Positions 22,527 to 36,630 of a DNA stretch of 64,000 nt are shown here, one piece after another. The notes beneath the pieces are model-generated. The model ran no database searches. It was not told where the DNA came from and saw nothing but the letters and a program-made list of their open reading frames with translations. The stretch covers positions 4,776,001 through 4,840,000 of the forward strand of contig NC_058369.1 in the NCBI RefSeq assembly GCF_018350175.1. The letters are read 5' to 3'. The position numbers and the translations under genes were made by a program. The stretch's first letter is position 1, and every line of letters begins with the position of its first letter. The DNA comes from Felis catus. Lineage: Eukaryota.

Positions 22527-22935
22527 CGTTAGTTTGCTGGGGCTGCTCCAACAAAGTGCCATAAACTGGGTGGCTTAAAGCACCAGATAATTATTGTCTG
22601 CCAGTCCTGGAGGCCAGAAGTCCGAATTCGAGGTGTTGGCAGGGCCAGGCTCTCTCCAACAGCCCTGCCTCTTCCAGCTTCTGGTGGGTGCTGGCCCTCC
22701 TTGGCGTTCCTTTCCTGGCTCCTGACGTTACTCTCATCTCTGCCTCCATTGTGGCATGACTGTTTCCCTTCTGTGTGTCTCGTGTTTCTCTTCTGTTTGT
22801 ACAAGGACACTGCTCTTACTGGATGGAGAGCGTCCAACTTCCTACTTCAGTATAACCTCATCTTAATTTAACCGGTAATATCTGCAAAGACCCTATATCC
22901 ACATAAGGTCACACTCTCAGGTTCCAGGAATTTAT
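22527..22935 (-). mobile_element. MLT1-type MaLR solo LTR
   Basis: gttagtttgctggggctgct...aaactgggtggcttaaa...ctgcaaagaccctat...aaggtcaca. Confidence 0.75.
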
Positions 22936-23537
22936 GAACACCCCACACCCCACCCCACCCCACCCCGCGGTGGCGGGGGTGGGGGGTGGGCGACATTATT
23001 CAACTTGGTACATTTAGTATCTACCCTTAGCAGCCATGAGAAACTTGGGTGCCCTCCCATGAATTTCCTTCTGGGGTGGGTTCTGTTCTATGCTGCTCGA
23101 GGATGCAGGCCTTCAAGGTTGTTGGTGCCTTTCTTGGTAGTTTTGGGGTCTGAGAGTCTGTCCTACTTCCTGGGTTATTTGGGTCTGGGCGTGTCCCACG
23201 ACAAGGATACTTAGGCCGCATAATGTCGTAGGATGTTACCAACACCCAAGGTATACAGATGGAATTCAACAACAGTGACAGTAATTACAGCTGACATTTA
23301 TTAACGCTTACTGTTCCCAGGCACTAATTGCTTTGCAAAGACTCCAGCAGGAAGCTACTAGTTTATTTTAATTCTCATTAAACGAATTCTCATTAAACGA
23401 ATTCTCAGAAACGAAGGCCGAGGGAGGTTAGCCCAAGATCACACAACTAATAACAGAGTGGTTGACAGTGTGAGTTGTAGAACCAGGCTTCCTGGAGCCC
23501 TAGTCACTTCCAAGTGACCTCATAGAATACAGACAAG

Positions 23538-23941
23538 TTGGGGTCGAATAGTGTCCCCCCCCCCCCATTCATATGTGGAAGCCCTACCTGCTCAGGACCT
23601 CAGAATGTGACTGTATTTGGAGATAGGGTCTTTACAGAGGTAATTGTGTTAAAAGGAGGTCATTAGGCTTGGCCTTAATCCAGTATGACTGGCATCCTTG
23701 TAAAAAGGGGAAATTTGGAGATAGACACACACACACAGGGAGAATGCCATGTGATGGTGAGGAGGCACATCGATAAACCAAGGCCTGGGACAGACCCCTC
23801 CCTTGCAGCCTCAGAGAGAACCAGTCCTGACCACACTTTGATTTTGGACTTTTGGTCTCCAGAACCGTGAGAGAATAAATATTTTGTTGAAGACACCCAG
23901 TTTGTGCTACTTTGTTGTGATAGCCCTAGCCAACTGATACA
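23538..23941 (+). mobile_element. MLT1-type MaLR solo LTR
   Basis: gaatagtgtcccc...tgtatttggagatagggtctttacagaggtaatt...agaataaat...caactgataca. Confidence 0.8.
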
Positions 23942-24082
23942 GATGGTTACAGGATTCCCTTGCATTTAAGAGACACTTAATGCACAGTGCCAGGCTCTTG
24001 ATAAGCACTCGATACATTTCACACCAACTCACACATGGAATTCTACAGTGACATATGGGTGTGTGACAAAGAAACAATGGAA

Positions 24083-24635
24083 TGATGCCTGAGTGGCCCA
24101 GTCCATTAAGTGTCCAACTCTTGATTTCAGCTCAGGTCATGAGCTCATGGTTCATGAAATAGACCCCTTCATTGGGCTCTGTGCTGACAGTGTGGAGCCT
24201 GCTTGGGATTCTCTCTCTCTATCCCTCCTCTGCTAGTGCTCTCTCTCTCTCTCTCTCTCTTTCAAAAATAAAGAAATAAACTTAAAAAGAAAATAACAAC
24301 AAAGGAGAGGGGGTACAATGGCACATCTGTGATGTCAAAAAGACACCCTTGCCAAGATAGGGGTTATAAAGTTACAAAGGCAATTCTAGAAAGATGTGGT
24401 GTTGCAAAGACAACCACAGAGGGGCGCCTGGGTGGCTCAGTCAGGGCTCCCATCTTGATGATCTCTTGGTTGGTTGTGCAATCTAGCCCCATGTTGGGCT
24501 CTGCGTTGAGTGTGGAGCCTGCTTAAGATTCTCTCTCTCTCCCTCTGCTGCTCCCCTGCTCTCTCTCTCTCTCTCTCTCTCTCAAAAAATAAAATAAAAA
24601 CAAAAATAAAAAAGCCTAAAAAAAAAAAAAAAAAA
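24083..24635 (+). mobile_element. Two Can-SINEs (~24083-24295 and ~24421-24635)
   Basis: Heads, (CT)n and poly-A tails. Confidence 0.8.
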
Positions 24636-24899
24636 CCACGACCATGGATTCATAGTCCTGCATCCACAACTATAAAATCCCCAAAGAGAAAAATCTTCAT
24701 ACACTCCTTCAGCAGCCCAAATGGACTGAACTCATGTGAATGTGTTTATGATTTTTACTGATTCCTTAGCTCAAATATTCCTATAATAGGGATGTTAGTA
24801 TGCTTGATTAATGGGTGCTGTTCCAGAAGCCTGTGGTATGTGGTGGTAACATATGTATAATATATACTGTATGAGTCCCTTTAATATGATATATATGGT

Positions 24900-25190
24900 A
24901 CGAGTCTGGTTTATTACTCACACAAAACCACTGCTGATTCTTCTGACCACCAAATCTGTGGAGGCTTTTCCTGACACCAATAAGCAATTCTCAGCCACCA
25001 GCAAGGAGTCATCAGAGTCCCCTTCCCCCACCCCCCGGTGTCACCTCATAGAACAAAGATGCTGCTAGTGTTTTATTTTAGGAATTTACTAGACTTTACA
25101 AGCCCTGTGTTGGGGGTGAGGTCAGATATATAGAGATAGATATCTAGATATCTGTCTATCTATCTATCTATCTATCTATCTATTACCAGT
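24900..25190 (-). mobile_element. Internally deleted MER21-like LTR ending in (TATC)n
   Basis: Shares ttctgacacc...aattctc...cacc motifs with the 41795-42652 element. Confidence 0.4.
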
Positions 25191-25619
25191 GTAAATACTG
25201 GATTCCAAAACATATTTGACTTCTAGGGTTTGGGATCAGGGATTGTGGAGTTGTATGAGAGAGTGGGATGTAAATCCAGACCCTTCACAAGAGGTGGGAC
25301 GTACAAAGTGGTGATGGCCCACCCACACCATCCCAGGGGCAGGACCCTTTGGAGGAGGGTTTCCTGGCTGAGGGTTCTCAGACTTTTCAAGTGCAGTTTC
25401 CAACCTCTCTGCAAAGAGTCAAGGCTCTTCTCATCCCTCTCTTGCTTCCCTCAGTCTCTGACTCAGTCTGCCAGGAAACCTCTGCTACCCAGGATGGGTG
25501 TGGGTCTGAAGACACTGAGCAGAGACCCTGCACCCTCCCACCTCCCCACCAGCAGCGTTGTGGGATGAATTTCCAGTGATGGAAGCTGAGTGGAAAGGCT
25601 GAAGCCTTGCAGCAGCTTC

Positions 25620-25655
<36 letters not shown>

Positions 25656-25699
25656 GGAGCAGTATGGTGAGGAAGGAGCAGAGATGGGTCACAGAGCAT

Positions 25700-26690
25700 T
25701 TTTGAAAATGATGTTCAGAATACTTAACGTGAGAGCTACCCTGTTAACAATATCAGAAGTGCACAACACTCCCCCTTGTCAGCTACAGGCATAACATTGT
25801 ACAGGGGAAGTCTAGAATATCTTCGTCTTGCATTACAGACCCTCTGCCCCCACTGAATGTGAACAATTACCTGGTTGCCCCTGGGTCAGATTTCTACGAA
25901 TCTGACGACTTTAGATACCACATACCAAGAAAATCTTCGGTATTTGTCTTACAGTCTGTGTCTGTCTTACTTCACTTAGTATAATGTCTTCCAGGTTCAT
26001 CTGTGTTGCTGCAAGGGGCAGGGTTTCCTTTTCTTTTTAAAAAATTGTTAACTTCTGGGGCGCCTGGGTGGCGCAGTCGGTTAAGCGTCCGACTTCAGCC
26101 AGGTCACGATCTCGCGGTCCGTGAGTTCAAGCCCCGCATCAGGCTCTGGGCTGATGGCTCAGAGCCTGGAGCCTGCTTCCGATTCTGTGTCTCCCTCTCT
26201 CTCTGCCCCTCCCCCGTTCATGCTCTGTCTCTCTCTGTCCCAAAAATAAATAAATGTTGAAAAAAAAATTAAAAAAAATTGTTAACTTTTTTTTTTTTTT
26301 GAGAGACAGAGCACGAGTATGGAGGGGCAGAGAGAGAGGGAGACACAGAATCCGAAGCAGACTCCAGGCTCCGAGCTGTCAGTTCAGCGCAGAGCCCGAC
26401 ACGGGACTTGTACCCACAAACGATGAAATCATGACCTGAGCCCAAGTCAGATGCTTAGCCAGTGGAGCCACCCAGGTGCCCCTCCTTCTCTTTTAGGGCT
26501 GAGTGGTATCCCATGATATGGCTACACCACATTTTCATTATCTGTCAGAAGTCATTTAGGTTGTTCCCAGATCTTGGCCATTGTGAATGATGCTTCAGTG
26601 AACATGAGAGTGTAGATATTTCTTGGGGAATCCTGATTTCAACTCTCTTGGATATATACCAGGAAGTGGAATTGCTGGGTCATACAGAGT
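25700..26690 (-). mobile_element. Old L1 3' end interrupted by a tail-to-tail Can-SINE pair (26056-26482)
   Basis: ttcacttagtataatgtcttccaggttcatc...ggatatataccaggaagtggaattgctgggtcata. Confidence 0.75.
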
Positions 26691-27982
26691 GTGCATTTTT
26701 AGACTCACACAGAGCTGAATTCAAGCCCTCATTCTGCCAGTGCTAGCTAAGCTGTGCACCCTTGTGCAAGTGCATTGACCTCTCTGTGCCTAGTGTGTCT
26801 TCAACTGTAAAATTGGAAAACATTTTGTGTCTCATGGGCATTTGGGAGCATCCAGTCAGCGAATGGATTTAATAGCATAGTGCCTTGTACTTCACTCAAA
26901 ATATGGAAGCTATTATCAGTTGGGTCACAGAGAGACGATACCAAAGGTCCCAGGTGCATCAGGCAAAGAGAAGGTTTGGGGAAGTGAGTTCCAGGTGGGC
27001 AGGGCAGCATATACAAAAGCCAGAGGTAGGAGAGTGACCACAACAGTGTGAAACGGGGGGAAGGGATTAGACCATACCAGCTCGAGGATGCCAGCCAGTT
27101 TTATCCTGAGCATAACGGAGTGTTAGGAATACAAGAGGTCAGATTAGCTTTTTGACTAGATCTCTGTGGCAGGGATGTCAAATTGCAATGAAAAGCAAAG
27201 AGTAGGGGCAAGGAGGCCCATGGGATTACTCGGCCGAGAGAGAGCAGGAGGTTTGGGATGGAGTGTTAGGTCTGAAGATGGAGAGGAAGTGTGTGCATAT
27301 AAGAGAGAGACAGAAAGGAACAGGAGTTGCCAAAGCTTTGAATATGAGCGAGAGGGAGGAGGAAGAGAAGCCAAGACTTGTGGCTCGTGCAACTAAGAGG
27401 TATTTAGGGATTTGGGGACCCTGGAAACTCATAGGTCACTTTGGGATGAATGGAATTTCCACGTGCCTCTGAGGTGGCCATGTGGGAATATTAAGTTGGT
27501 TCTGCGGCTATGCAAGCTCTTTGGCTAGGATGGAGATTTAAAGATTGTTGGTATATTTATATAAAGGATGTTCGGGGCAAGGATGAGATGTCTTAGAATA
27601 ACAAGTGAAGAGGTAACAGAAAAGAGGGTCTCAGATCAAGCACTGAGGAACTTCAATATGTAATGGTTCAGTAGGTGGTCAGATGTGCACAAAAGCCTGC
27701 GAGAGGAGCAGCCAGACAAGAAAGAGGAAAGTCAAGATCCCAAGGAATGTGCTTCAAAGGAGGAAGTTGTGCTCAATGATATCTGATAGTGCAAAAAGTC
27801 CGTTAAGATGAGAACCAAAAATATCCTCCGGAGTTTGAATCATCAAAATCATGAGTGGTTAACTCTTCTCAGGGGCATAAATGAATGAATCAAGTTGCAT
27901 CAGAGCGGCTTGAGAAATTAGTGACAAGCTAAGACGTTGAGATGGCCTCTACAGGCAACTTCTTTTAAAGAAGTAAGTTTTT

Positions 27983-28195
27983 GGGGCGCCTGGGTGGCTC
28001 GATCGGTTAAGTGCCTGACTTTAGCTCAGGTCATGATCTCACGGTTTGTGGGTTTGAGCCCCGCGTCGGGCTCTGTGCTGACAGCTCAGAGCCTGGAGCC
28101 TGCTTCGGATTCTGTGTCTCCTTCTCTCTCTGCCCCTCCCCTGCTCATGCTCTGTCTCTCTCTGTCTCAAAAGTAAATAAACATTAAAAAATTTA
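27983..28195 (+). mobile_element. Can-SINE
   Basis: ggggcgcctgggtggct head; degenerate TSD aaag(a/g)agtaagt(t/a)tt. Confidence 0.88.
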
Positions 28196-28211
28196 AAGGA
28201 GTAAGTATTTG

Positions 28212-28314
28212 GAGCTCACTTTGGCAGCATAGACACTAAAACTGGAAGGATTGCAGAGAAGACTGGCATGCAACCTGCGTAAGGGTGATGTGCAAATTTG
28301 AGAAGCATTCCATA
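28212..28314 (+). pseudogene. U6 snRNA retropseudogene (near full length, diverged)
   Basis: gagctcactttggcagcatagacactaaaactggaaggattgcagagaagactggcatg...gcaaatttgagaagcattccata is collinear with U6 GTGCTCGCTTCGGCAGCAC...CAGAGAAGATTAGCATGG...GAAGCGTTCCATA, with many substitutions. Confidence 0.85.
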
Positions 28315-28659
28315 ATAGAAGAAAGAGTGTTTGGGAATAATTTCAGATTTCAAGAAAAGTTACATGAATAAAAAGGGTAGAAAGAACAACCACATACCCT
28401 TCATCCAGATGCATCCGTTGTTAACATTTTGTCCCGTTTTCTTCACCATTCGCTCCCCCCCCAGCCCCTATACGAGAATATAAACTGGAAGTATTTATTT
28501 AAGATGAGTCAGACAAGAACAAGATTATTAAGAAACAAACCCAGAGGAAACCAAAACCCCAAAGGCTGGGGCAGTTCTAGGAAATTCCAAATGTGGTGTG
28601 AGTGGATTCAAGAAATAGGAGGAAGTTTTGGGGTATTTATCAAGGTGATTACTTAGAAA

Positions 28660-28914
28660 GAAACACAAGAGGGTGAGGGGATCGGACAAAATGGAGGAAG
28701 AGGAGTGGGAGATAGAGGTTTCCAGTTATGGAATGAATAAATTGTGGGGATGAAAAGCACAGCATAAAGAATATTGTTGATGTTGTTGTGACAGCATTGC
28801 ATGCGGACAGGGGGTGGCTGCACTTGTGCTGAGCAAAGTGTAAGACACAGACTTATTGCATCACTATGTTGTGCATCTGAAACTAGTGTAACATTGGGTG
28901 TCAACTATACTCAA
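28660..28914 (+). mobile_element. Carnivore L1 3' end fragment
   Basis: ttccagttatggaatgaataa...gcatcactatgttgtgcatctgaaact...gtcaactatactcaa. Confidence 0.75.
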
Positions 28915-29263
28915 GAAAGAGAAAGAGAAAAAGAAAGGAGAAAGAAAGAAGGAAGGAAGGAAGGAAGGAAGGAAGGAAGGAAGGAAGAAGAAAGGAAGGA
29001 AGGAAGGAAGGAGGGAAAGAAGGAAGGAAAGCATGAATAGAAAGAAAGAAAGAAGGAAGGAAGGAAGGAATAAAGGAAGGAAAGAAGGAAGAAGAAAGAA
29101 AGGAAGGAAGGAAGAAGAAAGAAAGAAGAAAGGAAGGAAGGAAAGAGAAGGAAAGAAAGAGAGAAAGAAAGAGAGAAAGAAAGAAAGAAGGGAGGAAGAA
29201 AGAAGAAGAAAGGAAGGAAAGAGAAATAAAGAAGGAAAGAAGGAAAGAAAAAAGGAAAGAAAG
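28915..29263 (+). repeat. Compound (GAAG/GAAA)n purine microsatellite derived from the L1 tail
   Basis: ~350 nt of almost pure A/G. Confidence 0.95.
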
Positions 29264-30294
29264 ACACACATGGACACTAGCTGGGTTAGCCCTACCTTCT
29301 CTTCTGATCCACGTACTGAGCAAACCCAATGATATAATTTATCCTTAGGCTACATCAGTGGATGTAACTTATGACTCCTCTCCTGAGTCAAGTTATAGCA
29401 AATGGAACAGGCAGGAGAATTTTTTTTTTAAGTTTATTTATTTATTTTTAAGTAGTCTCTATTCCCAACGCAGGACTCAAAATTTATGACACCCTGAGAT
29501 CCAGAGTTGCAATGCTCCGCTGTCTGAGACCACAGGTGCCCCAGGAGAATTGTAATTTTCAAACTCAAAGCTGAACAGACAACTAAGAATCACAGGGCAT
29601 GAGACCAAAAAAATCAACGCTATGAGAGACATACCCCGAACTCCACATCAGCAGAAAAGAACCAATACCTAAAGATTCAGAGCTAAGAGAACAAACAAAA
29701 GACTCCAGAATTAGTCTAAATCATTTCCCTAGAAAGGCTTTAGCAAATTTTTGATTTGATATTTAAATACATGACTAATAAAATCTATAAGAACACTCCT
29801 TCAGATCGAGTGAAACCCTCCATTATCAATCTTTCAGGGAGATATTAAAGCTTAAAGATTACACATTGTTGCTGGTTAAAGTTAGGCTGTTAAGACTTAC
29901 CAGAGTGAGATGGGACAACACCTTTTCATTCGCTCATTTATTTACTCAACAAATATTTACTGGAGGTTTTTAATCTGTCAGCATGTTTCTAGGTACTGGG
30001 GACACAGGGTAAGGAAGAGAGGCTGGGGTTCTGCTTATATTCTAGATCAGGGGTCGGCAGCCCATCACCTGTTTCTGCAAGTGAAGCCTTATTGGAACAT
30101 GGCCATGAATGAGCATTTGTTTATGTATCGTGAATAGTTGCTCTCATGGCCCAGCAGTGGAGTTGAGCAGCTGTGACGGAGGCCATATGGCCCATGAAAC
30201 CTAAAATATTTATTGTCTGGACCTTTACAGAAAATACTGTTCATCTCCCTTCTAAATAACCCCTAAGTATAATAATTCAAGATGGTAGAAATGC

Positions 30295-30647
30295 TGTATT
30301 AGTCAGAGTTCTGCAGAGAAACAGAACCCATGGGATAAGCGTGTATGTGTAGAGAGATTTATTTTGAGGAGATGGTTCACACAACTCAGGTGCCGCCCTG
30401 AAGGCATTCTTGGGGCAGAATTCCTTCTACCTCTGGGGAACTTCCGTCTTTTTCCCTGAAGGACATCAACTGATTGGATGAGGCCCAACCACATTACGGG
30501 GGGCAATATGCTTTGTTCAAAATCTGCTACTAATTTAAACATGAGTCATCTAAAAGAATACCTTCACAGCAAAATTTAGACTGATGTGTGGCCAAATATC
30601 TGGGGACTGTGGCTTAGCCAAGTTGACATACAAAATTAACCATTACA
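30295..30647 (-). mobile_element. MLT2-type ERVL LTR
   Basis: tgtattagtcagagttctgcagagaaacagaacc...gttgacatacaaaattaaccattaca. Confidence 0.75.
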
Positions 30648-32063
30648 AATGTTGTGAAAGAAATATGTGGGAGATGTTCTAGACAATGGGGGGGTCTATT
30701 TTTTAAATTTTTATTTATTTATTTTGAGAGGCAGAGAGTGTGGACAGGAGAGGGGCAGAGAGAAGGAGAGAGAGAATCCCAAGCAGGCTCCGTGCTGTCA
30801 GTGCAGAGCCCAACGCCGGGCTTGATCCCATGAGCCGTGAGATTATGATCTGAACTGAAACCAAGTGTCAGACACTTAACCAACTGAGCACCCCAGGCAA
30901 CCCTGGTGGGGGCGTGTCTATTTTTAAGTGGTGGTCATGGATATCTTCTCTTAGACGGTAGCACATGTGGTGAAATTCGAATGCTGACAAAAATCCAGCC
31001 CCAAGGATATCTGGGAGGAAGACATTCCAGACAGAGGACACAGCAGGTGCAAAAGGCCCTGAGGTGGGAACAGTCCAGGTGTGTTTGCACCCCAGGGAGG
31101 ACCAGTGTGGTTGGAGGGGAGTAGTGAGGCAGACAGTGGTAGGGAATGAGGTTAGAGAAATTATGAAGGCCTCCCGTGCACATTTGGGGATTGGACATTT
31201 TTCTGTCTTCAGGATAAAGTCAGTGGAAGATTTTAAGCTATGATTGTGGTGTAGAAATTGGAAGGAGGAACGTGACTGGGAAGCTGGCAGAGGCCTCTAG
31301 GGTTGGCTTGGGTGAGGATGGGAATTGTGGAGCTAGATAGAAGTGGAGAAGCGTAGGCTGCACTGACTGGGATTTGGTGCTATTTCAGTGACCTCAAGTG
31401 GCTTTCTATTAATCACTAGCCAAAACCCCCAGCTATTCACACTGACTGATCAGATCCTGCCCAATGTGCTCCTGTTACCTCCCGCATCTCACCGTCCATC
31501 TGCTCCTTCTGTTCCCACCACAGTGGGCTTCCTAGCTGTTCCTGCGCACGTCAGGCACAGTCCTGCCTCAGGGCCTTTGCTCTGGCTGTTCCTTCTGCCT
31601 GGAAGTCTCCTCTCCCAGGTCTTCCCATGTAGATTCTTGGTCACCATTCAGTGCTCAGATCCAAAGCCATCTCCTTACCTGACATTCCATTAAAAAGAGC
31701 ACCCCTGGCCAATTCACTATTTATCATCGACCCTGTTTTATTTTGCTATCCAACACGGCATAATAAATCCCCCAAAGTTAGTGGCACAAAACAACAACCA
31801 TTTTATTACACTCCTGGCTTCAGTGAGTCAACAGTCATGGCAGGGTGTGGTGGAAATGACTTATTTTCCTGTCTACAGTGCCTATGGCTCAACTGGGAAG
31901 ATTCAAACGGTTGGAGATGACTTAAATAACTGTGAGTTGGTTATTAAGAATCCTCTGGATGCTTGTCAAAGTTCATTCGGGACTCTCAAACCATGCACAT
32001 ACCCTTGTCTTTCCTTAAAATTTTTTTAATGTTTATTTCTGAGAGAGAGAGAGAGAGCGAGAG

Positions 32064-32098
<35 letters not shown>

Positions 32099-35000
32099 GG
32101 GGGAGAGGCAGAGAGAGAGAGAGGGAGACACAGAATCCAAAGCAGGCTCTAGGCTCTGAGCTGTCGGCACAGTCTGACACGGGACCCTGAATCCACCAAC
32201 CGTGAGATCATGACCTGAGCCCAAGTTGTTTGATTAACCACCTGAGCCACCAAGGCACCCCTACACTTGTCCTTTCTATGTGGCTTGGGCTTCTCGCAGC
32301 ATGGCAGGCTCACGTGGTGGCTGGATTCCAAGAGGCAGGGAGTGCAGAAATGGAGGCTGCGAGGACAATTCAACACTATACCTGAGAGTCACTTGTGTCA
32401 TCTGCCATTCTTTCCTTAGAGCCCACCCAAATTTAAGGAGGTAGAGAAAATGACTTTGGAGGTGCAAGTTCCAACTGCATAAAGGCCCGTTGGAATGGGA
32501 GATGTTAGGACAGTCATCTTTGGAACACACCATCTGCCACACCACTTTGATGGCTTATTAGGAGGATTTAATAAAATGATGCAACTTTAGCAACCAGAGA
32601 GAAGGCTTCCTGTTTCGGGAAATGGTAGGGTCTGGTATGTAGGATGAGGTGCAGATGACAGAGACCCAGCTTTGATTTGCCAAAGTGTGAGCTCCATGAT
32701 AGCAAAAGTTTGAAATTTACTGATGAATCCCAGGTATTGAGAACAGTGCCCGATACATTAGGCAATCAGCAAACATGGGTGGGTAAGGAGGAAACGTACA
32801 AAACTGAGCATTTCAGGGCACCGCCATGGGGGAAAAGCTAAAAGGAGGCTCTCAGCACTTGGTTAGGCTTCATAGGATCCATAGAAGTCTTACAATCTTA
32901 AGAATGCCCCTGAAGAGAGAAGAGGAATTGTGCAGTGAGTACATCCTAGGGAAGGTCTGAGAGCCTCAGAATCCCTAGTAGTGCTGACTGGTGAAGCCAT
33001 CTCCCTCCTGTAGCCAATCAATAAAGACTGAAAGACACGAGCCATTCTTCAAATCTGAAGACAGCAATGCAAGACTTCAAGGAACATGAAAAATCAAGAA
33101 AATGAGACACTGCCAACGAAACACAATGTTTCAGTAATTAACCCAAAGAAACTTAACTATGATGAGAGGGATGTAAGAGGGTAGAGTTATTTTATGTGGT
33201 TGAAATTAAGCTGTAATCAGCTTTAAAAAGACTGTTTTAACTATGGGGTGTTTTACGTAAGGCTCGTGTCTACAGAACAAAAACTGACAGTAGATACAAA
33301 AAAGATAAAGAGAAAAGAATCAAAGCATATCACTATGGAAAATTGTCAAATCAAAAAGGAGGGCAGCAAGAAAGAACGAAAGGAACAAAGGAGTTACAAA
33401 CATCCAGAAAACAATTGATAAGATGACGATAGGATGTCCTTACCTACCAGTAGTTACTTCAACTGTGAATGGATTAAATTCTCCAATCAAAAGACATAGA
33501 GTGGAGGGGCACTGAGGTGGCTCAGTCGGTCAAGCATCTGAATCTTGACTTTGGCTCATGTCAGGGTATATTGAACCCTGTGTTAGGGTCTGCACTGAGC
33601 ATGGAGTCTACTTGAGATTCTCTCTCTCTTTCTCTGCCCCCTCCCCTGCTTGCACGGTTTCTCTCTCTCCATCACAAACAAACAAACAAACAAACAAACA
33701 AACAAACAAACAAAAAACATTGAGTGGATGAATGGATTTAAAAAAAAGCCCAAGACACAACTATATGTTGCCTACAGGAGGCACACATCAGCCTTAAGAA
33801 CACGAAAAGGCTCAAAGTGAAGGGATAGAGGAAGACATTCCATACCAATGGAAGCCAAAAGACAGCAGGGGCAACTACGCTTTTATCGGACAAAATAGAC
33901 TTTAAATAAAAACTGTAACAAGAGACAAGTTCATTATATAATGATAAAGGAGTCACTTCATCAAGAGGATATAACATGTATGTACCTCCAGCACCGGAAC
34001 ACAAGGATATGTTATGCAAACATCAGAAAATCTGGAGGGAGACATAAACAGTCATGTAATAATAATAGAGGACTTTAATACCCCACTTCAGTGGTGGGTA
34101 GATTAGCCAGGCAAAAAACCCAATAAGAAAACACTGGACTTGAACTGTACTTCAGGCTGAACAGACCTAACAGGATAGAGGACATTTCATCCAACACCAG
34201 CTGAATACACATCTTTTGGTACACATGGGACACTCCTTGGGATAGATCATATGTTAGGCTACAAAACAAATTGAAGAAGATTGGAACCAAATCAACTATC
34301 TTCTCTAACCACAGTGATATGAAACCAGAAATCACTAACAGGAAAGAAAGGGAAACATTCGTGAATATGTGGAAATTAATCAATACACTCCTGAACAATC
34401 AATGGGGCAAAGAAGAAATCGAAAGGGAAATTAAAACACATCACAGAGCCAATGAAGATGGGAATATTATATACCCAAACTTATGGAATGTAGCAAAGCA
34501 GTTGGATAAGTTAGAAGAAATAGAAGAAATGGATAAGTTAGAAGAAATTCCTAGAAATCTACAAACGGCTGAGATTAAATCATGAAGAAACAGAAAATCT
34601 GAACAGACAAATGACTAGTAAGGAAATTTAACCAATAATCAAAAGTCCCCCGACAAACGAAAGTCCAGGACCAGATGGCTTAACTGGTTAATTCTTCCAT
34701 ACACTTAAACAAAAGTTAGTATCAGTCTCCCTCAAACTCTTCGAAATAACAAAAGAGGGGAGAACTCTCCCAAATTCATTTTATGAGGCCAGGATTTCCT
34801 GGATACTAAAGCTGGACAAGGACATAACACGTGATCAAAACAGTACAGTACCGGCATTAAAGCAGACACAAATCAGTGGAACACAATAGAGAGCCCATAA
34901 ATAGACCTGCGCATATGGGCAATTAATTTATGACAAATGAATCAAGAGTATACGATGGGAAAATAACCATCTTTTCAACAACTGATTTTGGGACAACTGG

Positions 35001-35889
35001 GTGGCCATGTGCGAAGGAACGAAACTAGACCCTATCTTACACCACACACAAAAATTAACTCAAAATGGATTAAAGACTTGAATGTAAGACCTGAAACCAT
35101 AAAACCTCTAGAAGAAAACAGTAAGCTCCTTGACGTAGATCTTGGTGGTGATTTTTTGGAACCAACTTCAAAAGCAAAGACAACAAAAACAAACGTGAAC
35201 AAACACGACCAAGCCAAACCAAAAAACTTCTCTGCACAGCAAAGGAAACCATCAACCAAGTGAAAAGGCAACCCACTGAATGGAAGAAAATATTTGCAAG
35301 CCATTTATCTGATAAAGAGTTAGTCTTCAAAATATATAAGGGACTCACACAACCCTATAGCAAACAAACAAACAAACAAACAAACAAACAACCACAGCAA
35401 CAACAAAAACAAATAATCCAAAGAAAAAATGGGCAAAGGACCCAAGTAAACTTTTCCAAAGAAGAGATACAAATGGCCAACAGGTACATGAAAAGGTGCT
35501 CAACATCACTCAGCATCAGGGAAATGGAAATCAAAACCATAATAGATGTTACTTCATACCTGGTAGAAAGGCTTTTATCAAAAAAACTCCCAAAATAACA
35601 ATTGTTGGCAAGGAAGCGGAGAAAAGGGAACCAATAGGCACTGTTGGTGGGAATGTAAATTGGTGCAGCCATTGTGGTAAATGATATAGGGTTTCTCAAA
35701 AAAAAAAAAAATAGAACTACTTTGTGATCCAGCAATCTCACTTCCGGGTATGTATCTGAAGAAAACAAAATCAGTGCCTTGAAGAGATATTGGCACTCTC
35801 GTGTTAATTGTAGCATTACTCACAATAGGCAAGATGTGGAAATCACCTAAGTGTTCACTGTTAGATGTGTGGATAAAGAAAATGTGTTA

Positions 35890-36615
35890 CATTAACAACT
35901 CAGGCAACAACAGATGTTGGCAAGGATGCGGAGAAAGAGGATCTCTTTTGCACTGTTGGTGGAAATGCAACCTGGTGCAGCCACTCTAGGAAATAGTCTG
36001 GAGGTTCCTCAAAATATTAAAAATAGAACTACCCTACAACCCAGCAATTGCACTACTAGGTATTTATCCAAGGGATACATGTATGCTATTTCGAAGGGAC
36101 ACATGCACCCCAATGTTTATAGCAGCACAGTCAACAATAGCCAAAGTATGGAGAGAGCCCAGATGTCCATCGACGGATGAATGGATAAAGAAGATGTGGT
36201 GTATATATACAATGGAGCATTACTTGGCAATCAAAAAGAATGAAAGCTTGCCATTTGCAACTACGTGGATGGAACTAGAGGGTATTATGCTAAGCAAAAT
36301 TAGTCAGAGAAAGACAAATATCATAGGACTTCACTCACGAGGACTTTAAGATACAAAACAGATGAACATAGGGAAAGGGAAGCAAAAATAATATAAAAAC
36401 AGGGAGGAGGACAAAACACAAGAGACTCTTAAATATGGAGAACAAACAGAGTGTTACTGGAGGGGTTGTGGAAGGGGAGATGGGCTAAATGGGTAAGGGG
36501 CATTAAGGAATCTACTCCTGAAATCATTGTTGCACTAGATGCTAACTAATTGGATGTAAATTAAAAAAAATAAATAAATAAAAATAAAAAATAAATAAAA
36601 TAGAAACTATTAAAA
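35890..36615 (+). mobile_element. 5'-truncated feline-type L1 nested in the older L1
   Basis: TSD aaagaaaatgtgtta at 35875-35889 and 36616-36630; A-rich tail. Confidence 0.88.
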
Positions 36616-36630
36616 AAAGAAAATGTGTTA

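Noticed and set aside
26056..26130. tRNA-like A/B box sequences at SINE heads
   Set aside because: These are the tRNA-derived heads of Can-SINEs, followed by (CT)n and poly-A, not tRNA genes.
28864..29332. Lys/Glu/Arg-rich and Phe/Leu/Ser-rich ORFs
   Set aside because: They are translations of the GAAG/GAAA microsatellite.
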